This document shows, one piece after another, positions 38,998-51,193 of a stretch of DNA of 64,000 bases. The translations under genes were made by a program, and so were the position numbers. Within the stretch, counting starts at the first letter, position 1; the number at the start of each line of letters is the position of its first letter. The stretch is taken from the NCBI RefSeq assembly GCF_040938485.1, contig NW_027271721.1, positions 124,001-188,000 of the forward strand, in the 5' to 3' direction. Under the pieces are notes generated by a model. That model saw nothing but the letters and a program-made list of their open reading frames with translations. It ran no database searches and was not told where the DNA came from. This DNA is from Diadema antillarum (taxonomy: Eukaryota).

Positions 38998-39457
38998 CTG
39001 AAGAAAGAAAAAACAAAACAACCAACAAAACAAACAAGGAAATGCAGTTATTCTAGTAGAGCCATTGGTTAGGTTACCTGACCGGCAGAGCCTCTTTCTC
39101 ACTGATGAGAGTGAAGAACAATTAAAAAAAAAACATCATGGAAGCAGACAAAATCGCATGAATAATCAAGTTCAAGTTCAAGTTCAAATTTATTTTCATT
39201 TCCATCAAATAAACAGAGAAAATTATATACAATGTATAAGCAGAACATATTTGTAATATTTGCAATAACGCGAATTAGCAAAATACATGTGATAATGAGT
39301 AACAAAATGAAGAAACATAATTGTTTTCAAATTACGGCGCAATATCTTTTTTGTTCTCAAAATGACGTTAGGTATCTTTAAAACCTTAAATAATTCTAAT
39401 GTATGGATTGGACAACGATGAACATTAGTAACATTACTGGTGTACCAAGAAACTTAC

Positions 39458-39607
39458 GTAGATTGTATCGTAGTCGTTCCCATTGGCAGAATACCAGGCA
39501 CACTGTTTCCAGTTGTTGTACTCGAGGAGTTCCCCCGGGCCCGCATCTCCGGTAGCACCCTGTGGCCCTGGGGGTCCGGGAGGTCCCACCGGTCCTTGAG
39601 CGCAAGA
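39458..39607 (-). CDS. CTHRC1: CTHRC1-like copy A, exon 2 (collagen repeat)
   Basis: gttttag|...|gtaagt; SCAQ GPV GPP GPP GPQ GAT GDA GPG ELLEYNNWKQCAWYSANGNDYDTIY. Confidence 0.93.
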
Positions 39608-39655
39608 CTAAAACAAACAATTGCATTAACTATCTCTGGACCACCGAAATCTACG

Positions 39656-39825
39656 GGCCGTGTCACACCTTTCCGGGCAAGCCTTGCGTGCGCCTTGCGA
39701 AGAACAATTTTTACTACCCGGAGCCGGAGGTCCCCCAGATGACCCGCACATGACAGTACCTAGCACGTATCTCACCCTTGGTCGCCCGGAGGTGCGCACG
39801 TAAATCTTTTCACCCGCATCTATGT
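39656..39825. mobile_element. Truncated relative of the adjacent Harbinger MITE
   Basis: Starts with the same TIR GGCCGTGTCACACCTTTCCGGGCAAG, followed by an inverted, diverged copy of the 40210-40310 central spacer. Confidence 0.65.
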
Positions 39826-39828
39826 TTA

Positions 39829-40714
39829 GGCCCTGTCACACCTTTCCGGGCAAGTTACGAGGGCTTGTTGAGTGTAGGGATTTTCCAGCATACCGGAAAT
39901 TCCTGAGGGCGGACAAGGATTTGAGCGAGTCAGTGCACGTGTCTTACAAGCTGGACGCTCTCTAATTAAGTTCTACTTGCGGTTATTCTGTGTGACCTGC
40001 GTGCCAGGCGCGTGGGGCTGATCACTCAGTGAAAGAATTCCTCTGAAGGAATGGCAGAAGTCCCACAGAATGTCATTATCTTGGCTGCATACGGGGACTG
40101 CGAAGAACTGTGTGGGAGTTGCCTTCGAGGTGCTGCCGCTAAGGGCCTCCTACTGGCGTTCTGCGTGGACCTCTGCGGGCAAAAGTTTTGGTCATGCTCA
40201 AAACTTGGCTGCGGGTAAATCGGACTTGCGTGCGCACCTCCTGGCAACTATGGCAAGATAGGTACTGCCAGGTGCGGACCAACTGCGGAGAGCTCCGGGT
40301 AGTAATTTTTTTTCCCCTTAAGTCAACCCACAAAACTCCCCCAGATACGGTATGAAAAGGCCTTGAGCATGCTCAAAACTTGTTCCGAATGAGTCGCGGG
40401 GGTTCGCCCGCAGAGATACACGCAGAACACTAGTAGGAGACCCTTACCGGCAGCACCTTGCGGGCAACTCCAACGCAGGTACTTCTCGGTACCCGTAAGT
40501 CGCTCGTAACAGAAAACGGATCGGTTTCAAAGCTCTCACGCAGGTCACACGGAATACACGCAAGTAGAAGGTGAGTAGCACGAGTCTAGCAGGTAAGACA
40601 CAAGTGCAAAACTCGCAAACATTCTTGTCCGCCCGCAGAAAATTCTCCTGCGTGCTGGAAAATCCCTACTCGCAACAAGCCCGCGTAGCTTGCCCGGAAA
40701 GGTGTGACACGGCC
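39829..40714. mobile_element. PIF/Harbinger-type foldback MITE (886 bp) in copy A intron 1
   Basis: TTA on both sides (39826-28, 40715-17); TIRs GGCCCTGTCACACCTTTCCGGGCAAG and CTTGCCCGGAAAGGTGTGACACGGCC; imperfect inverted similarity continues for roughly 350 bp inward. Confidence 0.85.
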
Positions 40715-41602
40715 TTAAGACTTAGCATCAAAATGTTAATGATAAGAATGAAATATTGATGAAAGCACTCAGTATTATGAATTTAATTTGAATGAAAGAT
40801 GTATGATCAAGTGTAAGTGTAGCACACCATCGAAAAGAATTCTTAAGTAATCTACCTTCTAGAAAAACAGTCATCAATCTACAGTTTGTCAATATTCAAA
40901 TGGTCAAACGAAAATGGTTTTTCTATATTGAAAGTACTTGTAACGTTAGATAGAGGAAAACCAATTTTGATGGCCCTATATACGCATGTTTAATTTTGTG
41001 ATAAGTGTGTCTTTCGTCATAACTGCTTCGGAAATTTCGGAAAAATGTCTTCCAGAGGTTTTTAGGTAAATAATTCAAACGTGACCCGGCAATGTGTATC
41101 AAAGGAACTAAACTCCGCAGGGAAAGACTTTCGCCAAAATTTTGACATCTTCTGGTTTTCGATGTTTACCCTATCCTGATTATATGAGAGGCAGCACGGT
41201 TACCAAAAGGTATCACTCCTGATAATGACTTCACTTAAAAAAAAAAAGAAATCACTTTACACTGTTTTCGGATTACCAGACTGCATTTACCTATGTAGTA
41301 AGTTTCTCTGTTTACATGGCAGTACTTTGATGATTTTAATACTATATATAGCCAGGGATGTGTATGACACCTTAATGTGACATATCAGGAAGAGTTAAAT
41401 TAGATCAAATTCATTTCAATTCAGTAATTCTTCATTTGCTCATTTATAAACATCTGTATAAAAAAACATATCACAGTTATGAAAATAAAAGGCCTTTTCT
41501 TTCTTTCGAAAAAATGGAAATGTAAAAAGTAACATGTTATATTGTCAACTGAGCAGTAACACATGTCAGAATGTCGAGAAGTGATTTTTTAAAGTGATGC
41601 TT

Positions 41603-41746
41603 NNNNNNNNNNNNNNNNNNNNNNNNNNNNNNNNNNNNNNNNNNNNNNNNNNNNNNNNNNNNNNNNNNNNNNNNNNNNNNNNNNNNNNNNNNNNNNNNNN
41701 NNNNNNNNNNNNNNNNNNNNNNNNNNNNNNNNNNNNNNNNNNNNNN
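41603..41746. other. Assembly gap (N run) in copy A intron 1
   Basis: Run of n. Confidence 1.
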
Positions 41747-41784
41747 ATCCCTGATGAAGAGGAAGGATCCTCGAAAATTCGGAT
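41747..41784 (+). ncRNA. Minimal type I hammerhead ribozyme motif (Penelope-type), canonical core
   Basis: ATCC-CTGATGA-A-GAGG-AAGGAT-CCTC-GAAA-ATTC-GGAT: stem I AUCC/GGAU, intact CUGAUGA and GAAA, stem II GAGG/CCUC, palindromic AAUU stem III, UUC cleavage triplet. Confidence 0.75.
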
Positions 41785-41889
41785 TATTCATTGAAATCAA
41801 GATTGGCTTTTCATGCATTCCTCTGTTGTGACATTATTATTGCTATTTCTAGTACTGCCAATACGCGGAGCAACTACAATATATTTATG

Positions 41890-41933
<44 letters not shown>

Positions 41934-42628
41934 AAGACCTGAAATATGACAGGCCTTCGTAACGCAGTAATTGTTACATTTCCTAAGTGCATGTGACAGA
42001 ATTCTTAATGGCGATTGTAAGATCATTCTTCAATATTAAAATCGAGTCTTCAGAGCTAAACTCAGATAAAAGGAGATATCTGCTTCGTTAATATCACTAA
42101 CGGAGTAAAATTCGTGATACCACATTAGCTATACCAAGAGTGAAATTGATAATATCAAGAACTTAATTTGTAGTGTGTAAAAGTGGTGTCCTCTTGGAAT
42201 GCAAAGTCTTTTTCAATGTCAAAAATGGAATCTATGATATCACGAATCTATGTATTATCATTAACTGTATACTTGATACTTGATATGAAAGAATGAATAA
42301 TAATAGGACTTATCATAAGCCCAAATAAGCATTTGTATATACAAAATGTCACCTTATTTTAATCTTGAAAAACAACTATGATGTAGAATCATACTGAAAT
42401 GAATCGAAATTAATGTCAATTTCTATATATAAAACATTGCTGACAAATCTACCTCTCCATACAAGAATTTCGAATCCCCTTAGACTTAAAGAGCACTCAA
42501 AAGCATCATAAACAATGCACACACAGGAAAAAAAAATAAGCAAAACACATATAACAATAGCTTTCATTATTATTTTTTAAAACCAGGTTACATTGTGATA
42601 AGAAACTTTTATTTAAAAAAAAACTTAC

Positions 42629-42691
42629 CGCTCCCCATGCATGAATACATGGAAGAGTGAAACCGAGTAAAATGATGAGGCTATACAGCAT
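42629..42691 (-). CDS. CTHRC1: CTHRC1-like copy A, exon 1 (signal peptide)
   Basis: MLYSLIILLGFTLPCIHAWGA|gtaagt; phase 0 joins exon 2; equivalent 63-nt exons precede copies B and C. Confidence 0.85.
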
Positions 42692-44353
42692 TTCTTCGAT
42701 TCGAGCAGCTTGATTTATTCCCGAAATAATTCCATCAGTATACTTTAAAAGAAGATTAGCGGACGAAGCTGGATAGTTAGAATATCAAATCTCATCTACC
42801 TATCTCGTGCGAGACACTTCTCTTGCTAGAGGTGTTATGAAAGGAATCCCTCTTGTTCATTACTCAGAGAAAGTGCATTGTAAAGGCAATCAATACGAGC
42901 CATAAGTATGGCTGACTGTCACCGTGTGACACAGACTGACTATCATACAGTGTACTAGTATACAGTTTTTCAGGTCTGGGTTAATCAATATGCATAGGCA
43001 CAAGTATTGCAGAGTGTTTCGATTATGACGCAACAATGGACCTGTTGCTATACGTATAACGCATATTGGCCTTGAGAGATGTAGTCACAAAGAAGAAAGG
43101 AAATTGGGAACAATATTGTCTAGAAGTGTGCCTGAAGTTTACTTCTGATTGACAACATCTTGTTTTTGCAAACTTATAGGCAATTTTTGACATACTGATA
43201 TGTATAAATGTTTCGATGCCCCCACTTTTTTTAGCACGATTATGATTAGGGCAAAAATAGAAAACAAGTCAAGTCGTATCTACTTGTTTTTCTTGAAGGA
43301 AAGTAACAGCAATGGATGAAGATCTTCTTACCATCATGGTTAACATTCTTATACTTCATTGTACTTTCTGAGGCACAAGATAGAATATTTCCCCTACAAC
43401 TAATTCAGACTTCAAACAAACAGCTTAGCTTAAGTGCCTCCAAATCAGGAATTTCAACAGTGAATTTCAGATGATGAAATACAATTTATAAATGTTTTTA
43501 ATGAAGATTATGTCTTGTAATTAGCTGAATTCAAGTCAGTTTATTAGATAGATGGAAACGGAAAGATGTTGTAACTACAATAGACATTGATTATTAGACC
43601 ATGTTTATTCGGAGGGAGCAGTAATTTTGTGCTAAGGGCTTACGCTGGCTTCGATGTCTTCCAAACAATCACAGACAAATTCTTTCTACAGATTCCGTAA
43701 AAAGTTATGTTTAGATTGATATTATTGGTGATCTTCTTCATTAAAACTGTATCATAGTTATGATGTACATAGTAGGTAAAAAAAATATATATATATTTTA
43801 AAGCACAATTTCTAGCGTTCAAATTATTGTATTGACATATACACTGCTCTCTTCAATACAATTAATATTGTACTTATTCATGGATGTCCTGATAGTGCAG
43901 AAAACAGTAGTCGAAAGCTCACACAAGGTAAATAGATTTTTGATTGTGAACTAGTGAAATTCGCTTTTATTAGTGACAGTATTAGTTTAACTTTTTTGTA
44001 TGCCGGAGTGTGTGTATTTTTCTGTTATCACGCATTTGAACATCACACAATATTCAGTCAGCAAGGTTCCACAGTTTCTGAAATTGGATCACAACAATAT
44101 TCAACATATCCATCAGATTACGAAGATTGTGGGGATTGATGATGAGGATCTTAATTATTGTGAAGGAAAAACACTTCATCAAACTGAAATGACTCAGTTG
44201 ATTTGAGAAGATAGGGAAAAGATTGACAATCCCTTTAAGCCTTATCATTGGGTCCTACAAAAACAAATAAAAACACACCCAAGAAAAGAAAAAATATATA
44301 TATAATGTCCAATCTTTTTTATTTTTTATCATTAATCAATGCTGCCACTTCTC

Positions 44354-44499
44354 CTAGTAGTTAGATGCTGGGACTTCCTTGATGATAATCCTTGAGGCGC
44401 TGTTCCAGCCCGTGTAGGCGTCGTAGTTCCCATACCCGGAGCAGTCCCCGACCATGAACTTCACGTCCACGCTGCCTGCAGCCACGTTGTGACAGTAGC
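44354..44499 (-). CDS. CTHRC1: CTHRC1-like copy B, exon 4 (terminal)
   Basis: ttacag|GC TAC; GYCHNVAAGSVDVKFMVGDCSGYGNYDAYTGWNSASRIIIKEVPASNY* (TAG). Confidence 0.93.
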
Positions 44500-44903
44500 C
44501 TGTAACATGTACATAGACAGACAAACATAGTAGAGGAAGCGATATTTCCTTTTGTTTCTATTGGTGATGTCAAGCCTGAGGAAGAAAAACGCATGAAATT
44601 AAAATTTACTTCAAATCACTGGAATTTGATTTTTGATTGTATCAATACTTCACCATTTAGACCTTGCTTTGATCTTATTTTCAGACCTTGCCCTCATTTT
44701 GCGTTTGGGTGATTATGTATTTCCAAAAAGTACTTGCAATTTGTATCAAGAATTCGATTTGTTAATGTATCGATATCTCATTATTCAAACCTTGCTTGGA
44801 TCTTCAATATACCACACCCCATTTTGCATTTGGGTGATTTAAAAAAACTAGCATTTGGAAATGCATTTCCGAAACTAGTTGCAATTTGTGTAATGTAACT
44901 CAC

Positions 44904-45108
44904 CCTGAATACTCCTGTGCCTATGTAGATTCATGTGGTAGGTATTTGTTTGGTATACGACGCCGTCAATGGGAGTGGGTGAGCATTCGTTGTCGTTGAA
45001 GGTGAAGTACCATCGCTTGCAGCATCCGTCACACCCATAGAGACGAAGATTTCCTCCGTAATACACCCACAGAGCCGAACTGCTGTCCCGTTTATTGAAC
45101 GTGCAGGT
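44904..45108 (-). CDS. CTHRC1: CTHRC1-like copy B, exon 3
   Basis: ttccag|...|gtgagt; TCTFNKRDSSSALWVYYGGNLRLYGCDGCCKRWYFTFNDNECSPTPIDGVVYQTNTYHMNLHRHRSIQ. Confidence 0.94.
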
Positions 45109-46079
45109 CTGGAAAAGATGCATTGATTACAATGAAAATGCATTTCCACATCGGGCCTTGATTTAAGAAAAAACAAACAAACGTGATTTTTATATTTTAG
45201 CATGATTCCAGGAAACAGTGATGATTACAAAATTTATCAGGCAAATTACATGACGTTTTGCCGTCATGGCCTCAAAGTATCCAGCCCCCCGCAAATCTTC
45301 ACTAAAACCCTTCTTTTTAACAGAAAATCACATGATCATTTAAGACCACATTTTTTGTGTGACATAAAGATATAAAGTAGACCTTATAGAGAAAAGGTTT
45401 AGTTGCTAAAGTGTGATTTTTATGACATTTTTTGATATCTTTATGATATCTTTGTGATATCTTTACATTTTTTTGATATATTTCATATTTTGTATGATAT
45501 CTTTTTGCACACTTTCAGTTCTCTAAGATGACATCACCTGTCATTACTAAAGTTAATATGCACATTACGCTCGCGACCAATATACCGTATTATGTGAAAA
45601 TATGTGAAACCGTATATTGTCATAACTTTCTCATTCTCATCATGGGCGTCACCAGGGGGGGTGCGTTGGGTGCGAACGCACCCCCCTTCAGACCCTTAAA
45701 AAAAAAAAAAAAAAAGTCAGTCTGCGAGCGACCTCAACGCCGGACCCTAAATAATTACTAGTATCATTTTTTATCTATTTTTTTTTGTTGTTGTTGTTGT
45801 TGAAATTTTGCATCGGGGAAAAAAAACACAAAATCGTGGGCAAAAACAATTCGCACCCCTGGTTCTGGCAGCACTGATTTTATACATTATACATATCTAC
45901 TAGTACTAGTGTATTCTATACAGTGTTTACTATTTTGATAGATTTTGGACATCCTTCCCATGCTTGGTCACTTCGACGCCACCTCGCTGGTCATACCTCC
46001 CCCAGTCATGAACATAAACCGACACCCTTGACTACCAGTGGCGGATCCAGGGGGAGGGGCGCACCGGGCGTCCCCCGCC

Positions 46080-47540
46080 CCCTCGCTTTTCCAAAGCGAA
46101 AAAGTATAGCTACAAACGGCAGTTTTTGGACTGTAAAATGTCAAAATTTTCAAGTTCGCTCGCTCCGCTCGCTGGCATTTAGTCATAATGCCATTCTCCT
46201 GAAGTTGCTGCCAGTAATTGCCGGCAGCTCCACCCGGTGCGCCCCCCCCCCCCTTACTGCAACCAAAAAAAAAAAAATATATATATATATATATATATGT
46301 ATAGCTACAAACAGCAGTTTGGGGACTGTAATGTCACGATTTTCAAGCTCGCTCGCTCCGCTCTCTCGCATTTAAATTCTCCTGATATTGCTGCCAGTGC
46401 CAGCAGTTGCGCCCGGTGCGCCCCCCTTAATTTCGAAAGCAAAAAAGATATAGCTTCAAACGGCAGTTTTTGGACTGTAAAATGTCAAAATTTTCAAGCT
46501 CGCTAGCATTTAATCTTTATGCAATTCCCCTGATGTTACTGCCAGTAATTGTCTGCCGTTGCACCCGGTGCGCCCCCCCCCCCTTAATTTCCAAAGCGAA
46601 AAAAAAAATACAGCTATGAAACGGCAGTTTTTCTACTGTAAAATGTCAAAATTTTCAAGCTCGCTCTCTTCGCTCGCTCGCATTGAATCGTTATGCAATT
46701 CACCTGATGTTGCTGCCAGTAATTGCCAGCAGTTGCGCCCGCTGGCATGCGCTCCACCCCCCCCTTTAATTTCTAAAGCGAAAAAATATGGCTAAGAACG
46801 GCAGTTTTTGGACTGTAAAATGTAAAATTTTCAAGCTCGCTCGAACTTAATCGTTATGCAATTCACCTGATGTTGCTGCCAATAATTGCAAGCAGTTCCT
46901 CTCGGTGGTGCGCCCCCCTCCCTAATTTCCAAAGCGAAAAAATATGGCTAAGAACGGCAGTTTTTGGACTGTAAAATGTAAATTTTCAAGCTCGCTCTCT
47001 TCGCTCGCTCGCATTTAATCGTTATGCAATTCACCTGATGTTGCTGCCAGTAATTGCCAGCAGTTCCGCCCGGTGCGCCCATTTCCAAAGCGAAAAAATA
47101 CGGCTAGGAACGGCAGCTTTTGGACTGTAAAATGTAAAATTTTCAAGCTCGCTCGCTCCGCTCGCTCGCATGTAATCGTTACGCTCTCCTGATATTGCTG
47201 CCAGTAATTGCTAGGAGTTCCACCCGATGCGCCCCCCTTAAATTCCAAAGCGAAAAAAAATATAGCAACGAACGGCAGTTTTTTCTTTTACTGTAAAATG
47301 TCAAAATATTCAAGCTCGCTCGCATTTAATTGTTATGCCTTTCTCCTGATGTCGCTGCCAGTAATTGCTGGCAGTTGCGCCCGGTGCGCCCGGTTCACCC
47401 GGTGCGCCCTCCCCCTTTATTTCCAGAGCGAAAAAATATAGCTCCAAATGGTAGTTTTTTGACTGTAAAATGTCAAAATTTTCAAGCTCGCTCTCTTCGC
47501 TTACTCGCATTTAATCGTTATGCCATTCACCTGATGTTGC
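46080..47540. repeat. ~165-bp minisatellite, about 9 copies
   Basis: Anchor ctgtaa(a)atgt recurs at about 46131, 46326, 46475, 46636, 46811, 46969, 47125, 47291, 47462, each with caaagcgaaaaa and gctgccagtaattg. Confidence 0.92.
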
Positions 47541-47574
47541 TGAAGCCTCCTCCCTTGCTCGTTCCGCTTGTTCG

Positions 47575-48332
47575 GGCTCGGTCGCGTTCATGACATCAGT
47601 GTAAGAATTGTTACTAGAAGTTTATTTGAATTATACCATTTATAGGCAAATTGTTCAATAACAATCTACTTCAAAATGTGCTGATACCTTAAACAAGTGG
47701 GACTGTTTCAAGTCGATAAAACACGCAAAATACCTGCATCAAATTGCACCATTTACAACATCAAAATGCAAAAAGTGCTCACCGTGGGAGGACACTCCCT
47801 CCCACATCCTCCCCCTCGCTCACTCCTCTCTCTCTTGCTTGGCCGCGTTCATGATATTCAGCGTAAATATTAAAACAGGAAGGTTATTTGGATGATACTA
47901 TTTTATAGGCAAATTGTTCGATATTAATCTACATCAAAATATACTGCTTTACTTTAAACAAGTGGGACTGTTTCAAGTCGATAAGACAAGCAAAACATGC
48001 ATCAAATCCCCCCTCGCTCTCTCCGCTTGCTCGGGCTCGGTCGCGTTCATGACATCAGTGTAAGAATCAACACAAGAAGTTTATTGAAATGATATAGTTT
48101 ATAGGCACATTATTCAACAACAAATTCCATCAAAATGTACTGCTGCCTTAAACAAGTGGGACTGTTTCAAGTCGATAAAAACACGCAAAAAACCTGCATC
48201 AAATTGCACCATTTACAACATCAAAATGCAAAAAGTTCTCACCGTGGGAGGGGGGGTGGACAACAGGCACTTCCACACCCTCTCTCTCTCCCACCCCCCC
48301 CCCCCCCCGATGAAATCCTAGCTACGCCGGTG
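47575..48332. repeat. About 3 decayed copies of the 278-bp satellite plus the right terminus of the 27607 element family
   Basis: aaacaagtgggactgtttcaagtcgataa at about 47690, 47955, 48150; ends aaatcctagctacgccggtg versus aaatcctggctacgccgttg at 29960-79. Confidence 0.85.
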
Positions 48333-48783
48333 CCCTTTCCCCGCTTGGTTTCCCTCAAAAACAGTAAAAGTCTAGGGATTTAAGAGAGCTTCCTATATTC
48401 CAAAAAATGTCTGTCCAAAAAAAAATCTCGTTACATTAGGGTCAAAACGCACCCCCCTTGAAAAAAAGCTGGTGACGCCCCTGCTCATGTATACTCATAC
48501 ACACTTTGTATCCTTCCTCTGCATTAAGGTATGATTCGAAACTACATTGTATCAAACACTGACATTTCAATAGTCATTCTAAAGTGCTATCTTGAAGCAA
48601 CGATTCCAAGCAGAATCGAACTGCATTCACTTGTTCCCTATACCCGCTGCCGATCTTTTGCGATTTCCTTCAAAAGCTAGGGATATCTCTTTGCAAAATA
48701 CTTTTCAAAGCCAGACGGGCAATTAGAAGTATTCAAGCACAACCAAATCCTTATTTGTGGGGCAAAGACAAATTAGGCCATCA

Positions 48784-48948
<165 letters not shown>

Positions 48949-49093
48949 CTACACCAGGACAGTACGTTTTCTTAAAACCTGCGACATATTTTCAAACTTT
49001 CAATTTGGATTCAGGGAAAATCACAGCACAACACACGCACTACTTGCCCTCATCGACAAAGTCACACACGCACTCGACACACGTTCACACACA

Positions 49094-50843
49094 ATAGGTA
49101 TCTTCTTGGACTTCTCCAAGGCCTTTGAAACGATTAACCACGGAATACTTCTCGCCAAACTGTCTCATTATGGAATACGTGGAAAGGCCTTGGAGTGGTT
49201 CACGAGTTACCTATCAGAAAGATCCCAATTTGTACATGTCAACGGCTTTGACTCTCAAAGTAAAACAATTGCATGTGGTGTTCCACAAGGGAGTTTATTA
49301 GGCCCATTGTTATTCATTATTTATATTAATGATTTTCATAGATCCTCGGAGAAACTATCATTCATATTATTCGCGGATGACTCTAATCTTTTTTTTTCCC
49401 ACCCTGACCCAAATATCTTAATAAGAACAGTCAATGAAGAATTGATAAAGGTCATACAATGGATATACGCAAACAAATTGTCATTAAATATTCAAAAAAC
49501 AAAAGTTATGCTTTTTAGTAATTCTTTAGATAGCCTCCCAGGCAATATAACATTTGATACTACTCCCTTAGAAGAAGTTTCTTCTTTTAAATTTCTTGGT
49601 GTTTGCGTTGATAACAAGCTTTCATGGAGGAATCATATTGATAACATATGTAAAATTATTTCACGTAACATTGGCGTAATGAATAGATTAAAATATTATC
49701 TTCCTTCATCTGCATTATTAACTCTTTATTCTAGTTTGATACTCCCTTATTTAAACTACGGGATTCTTGCTTGGGGTAATACATATCAGATGTTACTTGA
49801 TAAACTTCTTCTATTGCAAAAGAAAGCGCTTAGAATTGTTTTTAATTTACATACCCGAGAACATACAGATGCTTTGTTTTCTGACCATAAAATATTAAAA
49901 GTAAATGATTTGTATGTGTTTCAACTTGGTCAGTTTATGTTTAATTACAACAGTACCTTTTTACCTAAAATATTCCACGATTTATTTCATCGAAACAGTC
50001 ATGTTCATAACTATCCCACGCGACGATCCGACGAATTCCATCTTCCGTTAATGAGAACCGCACATGCCCAAAATACATTTCTTTATACTGGACCCAGACT
50101 TTGGAATAATTTAGATAATAGTTTAAAAGATTCCCCCAAATTTGTCACATTTAAATATAAACTCAGAAAACATTTACTTTCTACTTATAATCTTAGATAA
50201 TTTAAATTGCTATAATTTATGCTTGAGCTTTCACCTGTCCTGATGTCGCAGCACTTGGCGTGTTCTGTGTGCAGACCTCTCTTCTTTCTTCTCTCCTTTT
50301 CCTTTCCTGTCTATTGTTCTTCGTAGACTTGTATTGTTACCGTCTTCTCTCCTCTCGGTACTGTCTCGCGTCCAATAGTGTATATGCGTGTGGGTAATTG
50401 AATGTGTGTACGAATGTATTGTCCTTGTCTTATTTTCCCGGTACATGTGGTTCAATGAACAGTGTCCGGGCACTATAGCATTGGTATTCTATATTTTTTT
50501 TCCCGACCTGTGTATCTCAAAATAACTACATGTATATTGTTATAGAATAGTATATCATTCACTCATTATTTATCTAGCGATCCACGTCCGACAAGCTTTG
50601 CTTTTTAGTGGATCACTATTTTCCATGATCGAATTTACTTTCCGCTCGCCCACGTAGTATTTGTACAGTGTTCCTCTTTATTATTGTACATATATGTTGT
50701 TCTATAATTTGTCTCGTATATTACATGAATCTTTTGCAAGCGTTTGAACAATATCAGTTAATGACATGTATACATTGTACTATGTTTTTGATTTTCGTTG
50801 ATTGGAAATAAACTATGATTGAATTGAATTGAATTGAATTGAA
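49094..50843 (+). mobile_element. 5'-truncated CR1/L2-group LINE (RT C-terminal half, 3'UTR, (TTGAA)n tail)
   Basis: Open frame IGIFLDFSKAF...GVPQGSLLGPLLFIIYIND...FADD...LWN..KYKLRKHL* ending at 50200; AATAAA 50807-12, then a gaatt tandem tail. Confidence 0.93.
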
Positions 50844-51043
50844 CATGTTATCGTTAAATTGGCACCTCTTACTGTAACTTCACATCTTTTAGTGGAGAAA
50901 AGATTACATGTAAAATAGACTTACTCATTAGATACGCACAAGAGTCAGAAAGAAAAAGACAGACGTGTTCCAATTTGAGACGGAAAGTGGGAATTTATCT
51001 TTAAGTTTCTGAGAGTTTTATTTTCCATCATTTGCTCACTTAC

Positions 51044-51193
51044 GTAGATTGTATCGTAGTCGTTCCCATTAGCAGAATACCAGGCACACTGCTTCCAGTT
51101 GTTGTACTCAAGAAGCTCCCCCGGACCAGATGTTCCAGACGAACCCTTCGGCCCCGGAGGTCCAGGAGGGCCCACCGGACCTTGGGCACATGA
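51044..51193 (-). CDS. CTHRC1: CTHRC1-like copy B, exon 2 (collagen repeat)
   Basis: ttggtag|...|gtaagt; SCAQGPVGPPGPPGPKGSSGTSGPGELLEYNNWKQCAWYSANGNDYDTIY. Confidence 0.93.

Larger units (their letters stand above)
45641..48483. mobile_element. Composite non-autonomous TIR element with 5-bp TSD in copy B intron 2
   Basis: TIRs CATGGGCGTCACCAG and CTGGTGACGCCCCTG (14/15); CTCAT at 45636-40 and 48484-88; contains two different tandem arrays. Confidence 0.8.
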
